A stretch of 64,000 nt of DNA from Dehalococcoidia bacterium (GTDB lineage: Bacteria; Chloroflexota; Dehalococcoidia; Lucifugimonadales; GCA-2712585): assembly GCA_965208725.1 (NCBI GenBank), contig CBDBPI010000001.1, positions 732,687-796,686 of the forward strand. The letters are read 5' to 3'. Position numbers and translations under genes: made by a program. Position 1 is the first letter of the stretch. Each line of letters opens with the position of its first letter. The notes beneath the pieces were generated by a model, which searched no databases, was not told the origin of the DNA, and saw only the letters and a list, made by a program, of their open reading frames with translations. Positions 1 through 10,853 of the stretch are shown here, piece after piece.

Positions 1-445
1 ATCGTTGCATCGACCTCGCTGACGAAGAGGTACAGGATCATCACACGCCGATATATCACTAACATCACTGACCGTCTCAAGGATGCGGTTTATGATATCA
101 GGCTTGCTTGTAACAAGCGCTTTCCCCGCTTATTCAGTCGGCCGTTTCCAAGAAACTGGCTCCACGATATTAGGCAAGCCGACCGGGAAGAGAATGCGAA
201 ACACTCTCCACCCAAGGACGAGTACATTGGTTTGTGCAGCGTCTGGGCAGTTGAATTCTATACACCTGCCCACATGGATGAATTGCTCCAAAGACTAGAG
301 CAGTTGGGTTGGACAAACGACGAATCGCGCAATCCAGTACGCTCGCTAAAGCATCGAGGAGTTTCTCAATTCTATCAATCACGGAGTCCTCTAGGCCGCG
401 TGCTACCGCGCTACGACTCGAATGCCTATCTTCCACCTTCTCTTA

Positions 446-1316
446 GAGGATGTCTAAAAAGCATTGGAGTTAGCCAATCGTCGTAGCATCAAACCAGTCA
501 TAGCGGCGTAGACCCATGCTTCTGTGGTCTGGGGCAACTCCTCATAGTCCTTGCTCAGGCGACGATATCGGCCCAACCAGGCAAAGGTACGCTCCACAAC
601 CCAACGGCGTGGAAGCACCTCGAAGGTGTGTTGACCGGATGGACGCCGCACTAGTTCCAAGTTCCATCCACATATCTTTCGCGTCCACTCCACCAGTTTG
701 CCTGCGTAAGCCCCATCAGCCCAGATTCGCTTCAACCGAGGAAACCGGCCTACCAAACCCATCAGCGCCCACCTGGCTCCGTCTCTATCCTGGATGTTGG
801 CCGGATGTACCACCACTGTCAACAACAATCCTGTAGTGTCTACTACGATGTGTCGCTTTCTTCCACAGACCTTCTTACCAGCGTCATAGCCACGAGGCCC
901 CCTTTTTCCGTGGTCTTCACCGTTTGGCTGTCTATGATGGCCCCGCTCGGACTGGCAGACCGTCCCTCATCCAGCCGTAAACGTTCCCGTAGCGCTTCAT
1001 GTATCCGCTCCAGGGTCCCATCTCTTCGCCATGTGCGAAAATAGTGGAACGTGATGCGCCACGGGGGCAGGTCGTGAGGGAGCATCCGCCATGCGCATCC
1101 GGTGCGCAACACATAACGAATTCCGTTCATTACCTCCCTGCGCGGGTAATTGATTGGGCGGCCCGTTGATTTCGGGGGAGGCAACAACGGTTCCAGCATT
1201 TGCCATTCTTTGTCACTCAGGTCGCTTGGATATCTCTCTCTGCTCATGGAACACTACTTTAGGTGCTCCCTTATCTACTATCCTACGACTTCCAATGACA
1301 GTTTTTAGACACTTTC
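446..1316 (-). mobile_element. IS5-family insertion sequence (IS427/IS1031-like), 871 bp, copy 1
   Basis: Imperfect terminal inverted repeats GAGGATGTCTAAAAAGC / GAAAGTGTCTAAAAAC. 3-bp direct repeat TTA at 443-445 and 1317-1319. A second copy at 24021-24891 gives identical ORF translations. Confidence 0.9.
454..1247 (-). CDS. IS5-family DDE transposase, orfA-orfB joined by a programmed -1 frameshift
   Basis: orfA 1247->843 ([16 protein letters not shown]..., typical IS5 N-terminus). orfB 828->454 ([19 protein letters not shown]). Slippery GAAAAAG at 902-908 (complement). The -1 frame reads ...[44 protein letters not shown]. Confidence 0.85.
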
Positions 1317-2607
1317 TTAGAGCGGACTTGCCTCAAAATGTGTCCTATGCGTACGGTGACATCTTTTGCTTCACGCCATCATTGACAGGAATTGTGTTTG
1401 AGTTCGTTTTTGATGAAGAATATAGCCGAATTCTTGATGATGGCTTACGACAAGAAAGGCAATCGTATGTAACCCGCATTCCTACTGGGCATCGCATCAA
1501 CGAACCCGGAACTCAAAGATCTGCATTCGTCAAGGACATCCGCACAAGAACGGCACGACTCGTCACAGACTGGTTTTCGATAAATCTACCAGGACTATGC
1601 TCTAAAGGACTTCTAGAAGGTGCGTTGCCAACCTGCGAATTTGTCACCTTAAGGAAAGCTCAACCATTCCCTTCAAAAGCTGAAGATGACGGCGATTTCA
1701 AATGGTACTTGTTTCATCTGGGATTGGATCACGGTTTTGATGCCTGGAGAGATCAATCTGGACTATCACTGAGGTTTAATCCATTACCCGGAAATCGAAA
1801 TATTCCCAAATACCATTCAATACTCTCAATCAAAGAACATAGTTGGAAGAACCAAATTGCCGAAAAACCACACGAAAGCAATAGGGACCACATGAGCTAC
1901 AAGATGCACCAGAGAATGTCTGGTCTGATAGGGATATGGGCCATCGACGTTCTATTGCAGGGTTACGCTCGCCATTTTCAAGAACTCCGGCAATCGGACG
2001 TCTTAAAGTCCCCTGGACAAAAGACTGGGATCGAGGCGCTTCAGAAGATTGGCGACAGCATTTCATACGGCGCCGACATTGCAACCGTAACAGCTGAACT
2101 GACCGCATTCGCCAAGAGCAAGAGACGACTATCGTTTGACATAGCAGCATTTGTTCCTAGCCCAGACGTACCAGAAAGCTGGAAAGAGAGGAGTTTGGAG
2201 CAGGTAATTCATGAACAAATCGGCACTAACGCCAACTGGTTGCACTCAATTGAAGGTGCGGTTCGAGACTACATGTCCCAGTATGGAAACATTCTAGGGG
2301 TCGTTGAAGACATCCGCATTCAGAAGGGTATTTCGAGACTAACTTGGGTATTGGTGGCTTTGACCATCGCTTTGGCTCTTCTGACACTACTCACTGCATC
2401 AGAGCATATTCCGTGGCTTCGGAGTCAATTGGAATCAATAACTAATGTGTTTTGACCCTAATTGGATCTAGTTCCAACCAAGAGCCTCTACGCGGGACAT
2501 CGTGAGTTTCGTCAGGGAGAGCGTTGAAGAGAGGGCGGAGAGGCTGCCCTGAACAGCAGTGCGCCCGCCCTAAGCCCGTCAAAGCCTACCTGAATCACCG
2601 GGAATCC

Positions 2608-2637
2608 TTGACACAATAGAGAATCTGTACCTATAAT
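2608..2637 (+). promoter_or_regulatory. sigma70-type promoter for yceD-rpmF
   Basis: Consensus TTGACA (2608-2613), 18-nt spacer, consensus TATAAT (2632-2637), 35 nt upstream of the yceD ATG. Confidence 0.55.
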
Positions 2638-2671
2638 GTGCCGTCTTTCACAAGTCGGTTAGTACCTTTTT

Positions 2672-3193
2672 ATGCAATACGATATTACTCATCTCTTACG
2701 GGAACCCGTAGGCTTCCGGTGGGACGTGGAAGTGGACGAAGTGGGGACCGCGGAGCCTGTGAAGGGTGAGCGTATCCAGGGGCAACTCGGGTTGACCCGC
2801 TTCAATCAGGGTGTCTGGGCGGAAGCCCGCCTCAGTACAGAAGCAGTCCAGGTCTGCGACAGGTGCATGCGGACATTTCGACAGCCGGTTCGCGCCGAAT
2901 TCACCGAGCTGTGCCGGATAGGAGATCCGACACCTTCGACCATGGAATACGGTGACCTGTTCGTGAACAGCGGCGGCGTTCTTGACTTGGGAGAGGTTTT
3001 CCGACAACATCTTATTCTGAACCTTCCCGCGAAGCTGCTGTGCAATCCTCAGTGCATGGGCATGTGCCCTCACTGCGGCGTTTATGGAGACAAACACAAT
3101 CATAATTGCCGGACCCAGGACCAGGACTTCCAGACGGACCCAAGATGGAAGGACTTAACTGCCCTGGGCATTACCGGAGAGAGAGGCCGCTAA
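2672..3193 (+). CDS. yceD: YceD/DUF177 family protein (large-subunit ribosome maturation)
   Basis: Cys cluster CNPQCMGMCPHCG near the C-terminus. Classical position directly upstream of and overlapping rpmF (TAATG). Confidence 0.8.
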   Translation: MQYDITHLLREPVGFRWDVEVDEVGTAEPVKGERIQGQLGLTRFNQGVWAEARLSTEAVQVCDRCMRTFRQPVRAEFTELCRIGDPTPSTMEYGDLFVNSGGVLDLGEVFRQHLILNLPAKLLCNPQCMGMCPHCGVYGDKHNHNCRTQDQDFQTDPRWKDLTALGITGERGR

Positions 3194-3390
3194 TGGGCGC
3201 CCTGCCAACCAGAAAACTGAGCCGAGCGAGAAGCGGCCGAAAACACCAGGCGTACCGGCTCAAAGCCATGCATCTTTCATTTTGTCCGCAGTGCCGCGCG
3301 GCCAAACTTCCCCACCGGGCCTGCCCCAAGTGTGGGTTCTACAAAGGACGGCAAGTCTTCAGGCTGGGAGGTGACGACGAAGAGATATAA
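3193..3390 (+). CDS. rpmF: 50S ribosomal protein L32
   Basis: MGALPTRKLSRARSGRKHQAY... with zinc ribbon CPQC...CPKCG. ATG overlaps the yceD stop. Confidence 0.9.
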   Translation: MGALPTRKLSRARSGRKHQAYRLKAMHLSFCPQCRAAKLPHRACPKCGFYKGRQVFRLGGDDEEI

Positions 3391-3444
3391 CGGTGAGTTA
3401 GCAACCCTCTGAAACCCGGATACCCAATTTTTGAGTCTTACTAG

Positions 3445-4422
3445 ATTAAATTCGTTAAGGGGGACGTTACGAAAACACAAAGCAAGCCTGGAATAGCTTT
3501 TATATTCCCAGGCCAGGGTTCTCAGTTCGTGGGGATGGGACAGGAACTGTACAAGTCCTCCCGGCGAGCAAGAGAAGTCTTTGAAACCGTAGACGAGTCC
3601 TTATCCTTTTCTCTAACCAAGCTGATGTTCAACGGGCCTTCCTGTGATTTGCAGAAGACCGTGAACTCCCAGCCCGCCATCATGGCGACCTCTTTGGCGT
3701 CCTTGGCGGCCCTGGAAGAGCTTGATATGTGCGAACCAGTAGCGCCCGCGGCCTTTGCGGGACACAGTTTGGGAGAGTACACGTCACTGGTTGCGGCCGG
3801 CGTGCTGAGCCTCGTGGAAGGCATTCAGTTGGTGCAGCGCCGCGGCAGCCTGATGCAGATGGCGGCGGAGAGCCACTCCGGCGGCATGGCGGCAGTCTTG
3901 GGACTGGACGAGGACACCCTGGCAGAAGTTTGCCGGGACGCGGGAGTTGAAATTGCCAACGTCAATTCCCACGACCAGATAGTCATCAGCGGAGACAATG
4001 CCGCCCTGGAGGTGGCGATGCAGTCGGCCAAGGCCGCAGGTGCCCGGAGGGTGATCCCTCTAGCGGTGGCCGGCGCATTTCACTCCCAGCTGATGGCCCC
4101 GGCTCAGAACGGCCTTAACAGGGCCCTTGAGGAGAGCACCTTCAACCCGCCCACAGCGCCCATTGTGGCCAACCTTTCCGGTCAGCAGATTACCACCGGG
4201 GAGGAGATAAAGCAGGAGTTGGAAGAGCAGATCTGCCACTGCGTCCAGTGGAAGCAGTCGGTGGAGTGCATGATAGACATGGGAGTTACCACCTTCGTGG
4301 AATTCGGTCCCGGCCGCGTCCTTTCGGGACTGGTCAAGCGCATCGATCGGAAGGCAAAGACGGCAAACGTGGGCGACTCAAGCTCGGCGCAAAAGGTAGC
4401 CGAGCAGTATCCGCTGCTGTAG
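3445..4422 (+). CDS. fabD: malonyl CoA-ACP transacylase; true start unresolved (first ATG at 3529)
   Basis: [17 protein letters not shown] and GHSLGEY motifs. The FPGQGSQ motif lies upstream of the first ATG/GTG. The frame is open back to the stop at 3442-3444. Confidence 0.85.
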   Translation: MKFVKGDVTKTQSKPGIAFIFPGQGSQFVGMGQELYKSSRRAREVFETVDESLSFSLTKLMFNGPSCDLQKTVNSQPAIMATSLASLAALEELDMCEPVAPAAFAGHSLGEYTSLVAAGVLSLVEGIQLVQRRGSLMQMAAESHSGGMAAVLGLDEDTLAEVCRDAGVEIANVNSHDQIVISGDNAALEVAMQSAKAAGARRVIPLAVAGAFHSQLMAPAQNGLNRALEESTFNPPTAPIVANLSGQQITTGEEIKQELEEQICHCVQWKQSVECMIDMGVTTFVEFGPGRVLSGLVKRIDRKAKTANVGDSSSAQKVAEQYPLL

Positions 4423-4444
4423 CTCAATCCGGATACCCTATCCC

Positions 4445-4918
4445 ATGACTACCAAACAAGCTGCTCCCACTCGCAGAAGAGCCAGGGGCGTGGCGCTGCA
4501 AGCTCTGTATGAAGGGGACGCTTCCGACCATTCGCCGAAAACGACGGCTGAAAGGCTGCTGACGAAAGCGTCTCTGGGAGCTGCGGGCAAGGGTTTCGCC
4601 CTGGGCCTGGTGGAGGGAATAGCGGACAACATGAAAGAGATAGACGGTGCTATTGGGGAACTGGCCCCCGCATGGCCGGTGGCCCACATTCCAATAATCG
4701 ACCGCAACGTATTGAGGATCGCCATCTACGAAATCAGATATCAGACTTCCACTCCTCCCAAGGTAGCGATCAACGAGGCCGTGGAACTGGCGAAGACCTA
4801 CGGGAGCGGGAGCTCTCCCAGATTTATAAATGGCGTGTTGGGGTCACTTATGGAATTGGACCGGCCCGAATCCAAACCAGGCACGCGTCGAAAGGGTGAA
4901 AAGCATGGCATCAATTGA
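4445..4918 (+). CDS. nusB: transcription antitermination factor NusB
   Basis: [14 protein letters not shown]..., [12 protein letters not shown]..., [10 protein letters not shown]..., FINGVLG motifs. Confidence 0.9.
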   Translation: MTTKQAAPTRRRARGVALQALYEGDASDHSPKTTAERLLTKASLGAAGKGFALGLVEGIADNMKEIDGAIGELAPAWPVAHIPIIDRNVLRIAIYEIRYQTSTPPKVAINEAVELAKTYGSGSSPRFINGVLGSLMELDRPESKPGTRRKGEKHGIN

Positions 4919-5165
4919 GGAACGAGTCACTGCCATCGTGGTAGACAAGCTCGGGGTCGAAGAGGAAGAGGTTGTACCCGAGGCCTCCTTTACGGAGACT
5001 TTCAACGCCGACTCCCTCGACCAGGTGGAACTCATTATGGCCTTCGAGGAAGAATTCAGCACGGACGACAATGAGATTTCCATCTCCGACGAGGAATCCG
5101 AGAAGATAATCACGGTGCAGGACGCCATAGACTATCTGAAGGGTCAGGGCGTCGGAGACGAGTAG
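4905..5165 (+). CDS. acpP: acyl carrier protein
   Basis: MASIEERV... with phosphopantetheine site [16 protein letters not shown]. Overlaps the nusB 3' end by 14 nt. Confidence 0.9.
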   Translation: MASIEERVTAIVVDKLGVEEEEVVPEASFTETFNADSLDQVELIMAFEEEFSTDDNEISISDEESEKIITVQDAIDYLKGQGVGDE

Positions 5166-5200
5166 GAAGAACGGAGACGGCTGGGCCTTACGGCCAGTCT

Positions 5201-5464
5201 TCAGCCGAGGGCGGTGGCGATGGCAATGAAGGTCCCAACGACAGCTACAATACCGATGCCCTGAATCCACAAGGCGCGGTAGACGTCCGCCTTAACACCG
5301 AAGACCTCTGCCTTTATTTCAGCCTTAAGTAAGGCTGCGTCGTCTCTTGTCATCAGATTATTGAACGCGCTCCCAATAATTTCCACAATGGCTTCAGCCT
5401 GGGACTCGTCCATTCCCGCGTCCCGAAGCTTTCGGACGGCTTCCAGGGTGTCGACCATGGCCAT
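5201..5464 (-). CDS. DUF1640-like small coiled-coil/TM protein
   Basis: 87 aa; helical N-terminus and C-terminal TM (IQGIGIVAVVGTFIAIATAL). Confidence 0.6.
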   Translation of the reverse strand: MAMVDTLEAVRKLRDAGMDESQAEAIVEIIGSAFNNLMTRDDAALLKAEIKAEVFGVKADVYRALWIQGIGIVAVVGTFIAIATALG

Positions 5465-5628
5465 TTAGTTCGTTTCCTCTTCTGCGCCAATTTCGACGGG
5501 TTTCCATCGATCTGGCGAAACAATTGTACACGAACACTAGGGCGATATGCAAGCATGAAGGAAATGGGGAAACCATCAGGTATCTGTGATAGACTGGGTT
5601 AGTACAGACTGCCACGGGACTAACGATC

Positions 5629-6237
5629 ATGAACCGTTTTGAAGAACTGACCAAGCGAATTCAACAGTGTACCGACTGTCCTCTGAGCAGGACCAGGACT
5701 AACGCAGTGCCCGGAGACGGCCCTTCTTCCGCCGACATCATGATGATTGGCGAGGGCCCGGGATTCCACGAAGACAGACAGGGTCTGCCCTTTGTCGGGC
5801 CTGCGGGCCGATTTCTGAACGAACTCATCACATCCTCCGGGCTCAAGCGCGAGGATGTCTTCATCACCAACGTGGTCAAGTGCCGTCCTCCGAACAACCG
5901 CGATCCGATGCCGGGCGAGATTCAGGCCTGCCGAAAGCATCTGGACGAACAGATGGAAATCATCAACCCCAAGGTCATCGTTACCCTTGGGCGGTTCTCG
6001 ATGGCCCGCTTCATTCCCGGCCAGACCATCGGCCGGGTGAGGGCCAAGGCCCGGCAGGTGGAAGGGCGTACCATATATCCCATGTACCACCCTGCGGCGG
6101 CGCTGCACAACGGTAGTCTGCGGAGCGTCATCGAGGATGACTTCAGGGCGATTCCGGCCTTGGTGGAGCAGGCGCTTCCGCCTGAGGACCCAAAGCCGCC
6201 GGCGCAGCAGCTCGACATGTTCTCCCAGGGCCGGTAA
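5629..6237 (+). CDS. uracil-DNA glycosylase, family 4
   Basis: CTDCPL..., MMIGEGPG..ED..G.PFVGPAG, ITNVVKCRPPNNRDP motifs. Confidence 0.88.
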   Translation: MNRFEELTKRIQQCTDCPLSRTRTNAVPGDGPSSADIMMIGEGPGFHEDRQGLPFVGPAGRFLNELITSSGLKREDVFITNVVKCRPPNNRDPMPGEIQACRKHLDEQMEIINPKVIVTLGRFSMARFIPGQTIGRVRAKARQVEGRTIYPMYHPAAALHNGSLRSVIEDDFRAIPALVEQALPPEDPKPPAQQLDMFSQGR

Positions 6238-7896
6238 TTGACCGCCACTCCATTGAAGCTGATTCCCCTCGGCGGCCTTGGGGAAATTGGCAAAAACATG
6301 ATGGCGCTGGAGTGGGGAGACGACATAGTCGTCGTCGATTGCGGCATTCTCTTTCCGGGACAGGACGCTCCCGGGGTTGACCTCGCTATCCCCAACATCT
6401 CCTACCTGCTGGAGCGTCGCCACAAGGTAAAGGCCATCCTCATCACCCACGGTCACGAGGACCACACCGGCGCGCTGCCCTTTGTGCTTCCCCAATTGAA
6501 AGTACCGGTATACGCCCCACGGCTGGCCCTCGGACTCATCAGGGTCAAGCTGCGGGACTACCGACTTCTGGATAGCGCGGACCTGCGGCTTATCGAGGAA
6601 GGCACACGCTACCGTGTAGGGCCCTTCGAAATAGAGGGTTTCAGGGTGAGCCACAGCATCCCGGACGCCTTCGGACTGGCTATCCACACGCCGGCGGGGC
6701 TCGTCGTCCATACCGGGGACTTCAAGATCGACTACACCCCCGTAGACGGGACGACGACAGACCTGCAGGCCCTGGGCCGCTTCGGCGAAGAGGGCATCCT
6801 CGCGCTGCTTTCGGACTCCACCTACGCCGAAATGGAAGGCTATACCCCTTCAGAGCAGGTGGTGGGGGACTCCCTGATGCAGGCCATCGGTGAAGCGCCG
6901 GCACGGGTGCTGGTGGCCACCTTCGCATCACTCATCTCCCGCATACAACTCGTATTGGACGCGGCAGAGGCCCACGGGCGAAAGGTAGCGGTGGCGGGAC
7001 GGCGCATGGTGGATAACGTGGCCATGGCATCGGAGATGGGCTACATCAAGCAGCCTCCCGGGGTGCTGGTGTCGTTGCAGCGAGCGAATCAGCTGCCACC
7101 GGAGCAGGTGGTGCTCATTACCACGGGCAGCCAGGGAGAGCCTTCCTCCGCCCTGGTCCGCATTGCGAACGACGATCATAGGCAGATCCGCATCCTGCCT
7201 CACGACACGGTGATTATCTCCGCCTCCGCCATTCCGGGCAACGAGAAGGTGGTCAACCGTACCATCAACAATCTGGTGCGCCGCGGTGCGCGCGTCCTGT
7301 ACGACCGCATTGCCAAGGTACACGTGCACGGACACGCCGCGCGGGAGGAGTTGAAGACGGTATTGACCCTCACCAAGCCCCGCTTCTTCGTCCCCATTCA
7401 CGGAGAGTTTAAGGGACTGGCGGCCCATGCCGCCCTAGCCAGACAGATGGGAGTCAAGGAAAACAACGTATTTCTGCTGCAGGACGGCGACGTGGTGGAG
7501 TTCTCGGAGTCGGGCGGGCGACGGCTGGAGAGAGTTGTCGCCGGTAACGTATTCCTGGATGGGGTTAATCCCATCGACTCCGATAGCACTCTGCTGGATG
7601 ACCGTCGAACCCTGTCCAACGATGGTGTGGTGATAATCGTACTGAGCCTGGACCGACATACGGGCGTCCCCTTAGAAGATCCGGAAGTCGTTTCCAGCGG
7701 CTTCACGGAGGATGCTGCGCGGGATGAAGTCTTCAGCCGCTTAGCGGCAGAGGTCTTCGACTCCCTGGACCGGCGACCCGTGTACCCCATCGACGTTGGT
7801 TACATAACCCAAAAGGTGAAGAAAACCGCCCGCAGGATTCTTTACAAGGACATGGGCCGACGACCTATGATTGTACCCGTGACCCTGGAGGTCTAG
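6238..7896 (+). CDS. rnj: ribonuclease J
   Basis: IPLGGLGEIGKNMM, metallo-beta-lactamase motif THGHEDHTGALP, beta-CASP-like body; TTG start. Confidence 0.9.
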   Translation: MTATPLKLIPLGGLGEIGKNMMALEWGDDIVVVDCGILFPGQDAPGVDLAIPNISYLLERRHKVKAILITHGHEDHTGALPFVLPQLKVPVYAPRLALGLIRVKLRDYRLLDSADLRLIEEGTRYRVGPFEIEGFRVSHSIPDAFGLAIHTPAGLVVHTGDFKIDYTPVDGTTTDLQALGRFGEEGILALLSDSTYAEMEGYTPSEQVVGDSLMQAIGEAPARVLVATFASLISRIQLVLDAAEAHGRKVAVAGRRMVDNVAMASEMGYIKQPPGVLVSLQRANQLPPEQVVLITTGSQGEPSSALVRIANDDHRQIRILPHDTVIISASAIPGNEKVVNRTINNLVRRGARVLYDRIAKVHVHGHAAREELKTVLTLTKPRFFVPIHGEFKGLAAHAALARQMGVKENNVFLLQDGDVVEFSESGGRRLERVVAGNVFLDGVNPIDSDSTLLDDRRTLSNDGVVIIVLSLDRHTGVPLEDPEVVSSGFTEDAARDEVFSRLAAEVFDSLDRRPVYPIDVGYITQKVKKTARRILYKDMGRRPMIVPVTLEV

Positions 7897-7940
7897 CTGC
7901 GCACGTAGCCGAGACCTCGGAAAGGCTCGGTACAAACCCG

Positions 7941-10076
7941 TTGAAGACGGTCCTCTTTTTCCTGGCCACTCGCTACGGCATCTGGGTTCTGGCCTTTCTC
8001 GTCCTGGTAATCGCCCCCGCCGCGACGCTTTACTTCATGGTGGACCTGCGTGAGCGATTCTGGACATACCTGGGATACGGCTACCTCCCGGTTGGCATGT
8101 GGCTGGCGGCCTTCGTAGCATCGGCCATATTCGCCCGGCACAGCTTCAGGGAACACCCCCACTACTGGGTGGGTTCGGCCCTCTTCACAATGGCCGTGCT
8201 GGGCGGCCTCTCTCTCTTCTACCCGGAGTTCGGCGTCCTGGACGAGGTCGGGATGTCGGGAAGCTGGGGCACCTATTTCGGCGGATTCCCCCTGTATTTT
8301 GGCATTGCCAAGATCGCTGGCCTCCTGATATTGGTGGCGGTGGTCTTCCTGTACCGATGGCAGGTTACCGGTTCCTCGACGGGGCTGGCTGCGGTTGCGC
8401 GTTTCGCATGGCTGGGTATGCTGGCCGCTGGGCGAGGAATCGGGAGCCTCTCCGGCATTGTTGCGGGGATGTTCAAAAGCTCGGCAGACGACAAGGAAGA
8501 AGGGTCTGCGCAGGAAGCCACGGGGCGAATGGGCAAGATGCTGGAGTCCGAGGAACTGGAAGTTTCTCCTCAGAGGCCGATGGCAACCGCTAACGGCGCT
8601 TCCTTTGACGACGGCAAGTCGGCGTCGGAGTGGAAGCTGCCCAGCCTGGACCTTCTTGAAGACGGGACCGTGAAGACGGCCCCCCAGGAAACCCTCAACG
8701 AAATGTCCGCCTGCATCGAGTCGACCCTGGCCGACTACGGCGTTGACGTTTCTGTTACGGACGTCAAGACCGGGCCGCGAATAATTCGGTTCGGCCTGGT
8801 ACCCGGCAGAATTAAGAAGAGCCAGGGATCGAAAGGCTCAGACGAGAAGACTCCCGTGGATATGGGGCGGGTCAAGGTGCAGAGCATCGTGGCGAGGGAG
8901 GCTGACTTGGCATTGGCGCTGAAGACATCCTCGCTGCGGATTCAGCCCCAGGTGCCCGGAGAGGGCTTCGTAGGGTTGGAAGTCCCCAATCCCAACCCCA
9001 GCGTGGTGCCGTTAAAGTCGGTAGTCACAAACCCCGAGTTCCAGAAGATTGTGAAGCACGGCGGACTGCCCATTGCCCTTGGGCAGGACACGGGCGGTGA
9101 ACCCGTTGTGGCGAACCTGCTGAGCTTGCCGCACCTGCTTGTCGCCGGTTCCACGGGTAGCGGCAAGAGTGTGTGCATCAATTCGGTGGTTATGTCGCTC
9201 CTGCTGTCCAACCGGCCGGACCGGCTGAGGATGCTCATGGTGGACCCCAAGCGGGTCGAGTTGACGCCCTTCAATGGCATACCGCATCTCTATGCTCCGG
9301 TCATCGTCGACCCGGAAGAGGTGCTTGACGTGCTCGCCGCCCTGCTGCGGGAGATGTTCCGCCGGTACAAGCTGATGGAGGACATAGGAGTCCGCAACAT
9401 CGTCGGTTACAACAGCAAGAGCGATGAGAAAATGCCTTACGCTCTTCTGATAATCGACGAGTTGGCCGACCTGATGATGACGTCCGGATTCGAGGTGGAG
9501 CAGGCGCTGGTGCGTCTGGCCCAGCTGGGAAGGGCCACGGGCATACACCTGATTCTGTGTACGCAGCGTCCATCGGTAAAGGTGGTCACGGGCCTTCTGA
9601 AGGCCAACATTCCGGGACGCATCGCCTTCGCCGTCGCTTCACAGGTAGACTCAAGAGTGATACTGGACGGGGCAGGCGCGGACAAGCTCCTCGGCAAGGG
9701 GGACATGCTCTATCTTTCGGCCCAGTCTCCCACGTCCCAGAGAATTCAGGGGACCTTCGTGGCGGACTCTGAGTTCGACGCGGTTATCGACTTCTGGAAG
9801 GAACAGAAAGGACCGCCGCTGCCGGAGATGTCAATGGCCGAGCCGGACGAGGACGAGGAGTACCAGCGCGGAGGAGTCCCGGAGGACGACGAACTGTTGG
9901 TGAAGGCCCGGGAGATGTGCGAGAAATATCAACACGTGTCTCCCGCCATGCTTCAGCGTCGACTCCAGATTGGCTACACGCGGGCAATGCAGCTTCTGGA
10001 GGTGCTGGAGGAAGAGGGGTTGGTGGCCGCCGGAGACCCGGGCAAGTCCCGCCAGGTGGTCAAGGCGGGGAGTTAG
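7941..10076 (+). CDS. ftsK: DNA translocase FtsK/SpoIIIE
   Basis: N-terminal TM helices, Walker A GSTGSGKSV, Walker B LLIIDELADLM, C-terminal winged-helix gamma domain (MLQRRLQIGYTRA). Confidence 0.92.
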   Translation: MKTVLFFLATRYGIWVLAFLVLVIAPAATLYFMVDLRERFWTYLGYGYLPVGMWLAAFVASAIFARHSFREHPHYWVGSALFTMAVLGGLSLFYPEFGVLDEVGMSGSWGTYFGGFPLYFGIAKIAGLLILVAVVFLYRWQVTGSSTGLAAVARFAWLGMLAAGRGIGSLSGIVAGMFKSSADDKEEGSAQEATGRMGKMLESEELEVSPQRPMATANGASFDDGKSASEWKLPSLDLLEDGTVKTAPQETLNEMSACIESTLADYGVDVSVTDVKTGPRIIRFGLVPGRIKKSQGSKGSDEKTPVDMGRVKVQSIVAREADLALALKTSSLRIQPQVPGEGFVGLEVPNPNPSVVPLKSVVTNPEFQKIVKHGGLPIALGQDTGGEPVVANLLSLPHLLVAGSTGSGKSVCINSVVMSLLLSNRPDRLRMLMVDPKRVELTPFNGIPHLYAPVIVDPEEVLDVLAALLREMFRRYKLMEDIGVRNIVGYNSKSDEKMPYALLIIDELADLMMTSGFEVEQALVRLAQLGRATGIHLILCTQRPSVKVVTGLLKANIPGRIAFAVASQVDSRVILDGAGADKLLGKGDMLYLSAQSPTSQRIQGTFVADSEFDAVIDFWKEQKGPPLPEMSMAEPDEDEEYQRGGVPEDDELLVKAREMCEKYQHVSPAMLQRRLQIGYTRAMQLLEVLEEEGLVAAGDPGKSRQVVKAGS

Positions 10077-10312
10077 GGGTAGTTGGGGTTGGGCGGTAAA
10101 CACCGACGCCCTTCTCTAGTAGAGCTTCTTGGTCTTCCCGACTAGAGAAACCAGTTATTGTCTTAGCCCTGCTCCATTCTAGGGCAATACCTTCGTTTAG
10201 TTCCAATATTATCCAACCATGCCTGGCCGTATTTTATTGTAGATCGAACACCTAGCCTATCTGCCACTAAACTGCTAGAGTATCGACTCATGTACGATAA
10301 GAGGCAGTTAAC

Positions 10313-10846
10313 GTGAACCAACAAAGCGACGGAACCAAGAAACAAGGGGAGAAAAAGTCGGGCGGATTGTTGGGCAGAATTCGCCAAATGGGCGACCAAG
10401 CCACCGAAGCCCTCGACCAAGTAACGGGAGGTAGATTACGTACTGGATTGGACGCAACAAAAGAAAAGGTTACCGATGTTGGGAGCACCGTATCCGGCAA
10501 GAAGATTCAGCAGCAGCTTGAGGAATTCACCGACGTGGTCTCCACGGCAGTAATCGGAGTCCATAGAGACCAACGGAAGGTTAAGGATTCGCTTACGCAA
10601 TTACAGGTTCAGCAGACGGGGCTCAAGCTTGATCTTGTTGAAACCCGAGAGGAACAGTCCACTCTCAAGGAATCTCTAGAACAGGTCCAGGCTATACAGA
10701 TAGAAGCCAACGAAACCTTATACGCGTTGCAGCGCAAACAGGACACGCTCACAGAAACGCTTGAACAGTTGAAGGAGAGCATGCGCCAAATGGAGCAGCC
10801 GTCCAGACACCCTTGGTGGCAGTTCTGGAACTGGCGCTGGATATGA
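10313..10846 (+). CDS. hypothetical coiled-coil protein with Trp-rich C-terminal tail
   Basis: 177 aa; long heptad-like Q/E/L-rich segment; ends PWWQFWNWRWI. Low-GC islet. GTG start. Confidence 0.55.
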   Translation: MNQQSDGTKKQGEKKSGGLLGRIRQMGDQATEALDQVTGGRLRTGLDATKEKVTDVGSTVSGKKIQQQLEEFTDVVSTAVIGVHRDQRKVKDSLTQLQVQQTGLKLDLVETREEQSTLKESLEQVQAIQIEANETLYALQRKQDTLTETLEQLKESMRQMEQPSRHPWWQFWNWRWI

Positions 10847-10853
10847 GACGCGA

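Larger units (their letters stand above)
1..2455 (+). pseudogene. IS-disrupted gene of unknown function (5' part 1-445, open to the window edge; 3' part 1320-2455)
   Basis: Frame 1 is open from nt 1 to 445 (ends ...SNAYLPPSL). It resumes in frame at 1320 (RADLPQNVSYAYGD...) once the IS (446-1316) and one TTA copy are removed. C-terminal TM helix WVLVALTIALALLTLL. Lower GC by eye. No family recognised. Confidence 0.75.

Noticed and set aside
5620-6711. Long antisense shadow ORFs (also 13761-15248, 34191-35822, 45160-46104, 50856-51854, 55382-56440, 53467-53961)
   Set aside because: Each lies opposite a gene with clear family motifs. Their products are low-complexity G/A/R/V/H-rich, as typical of high-GC antisense frames.
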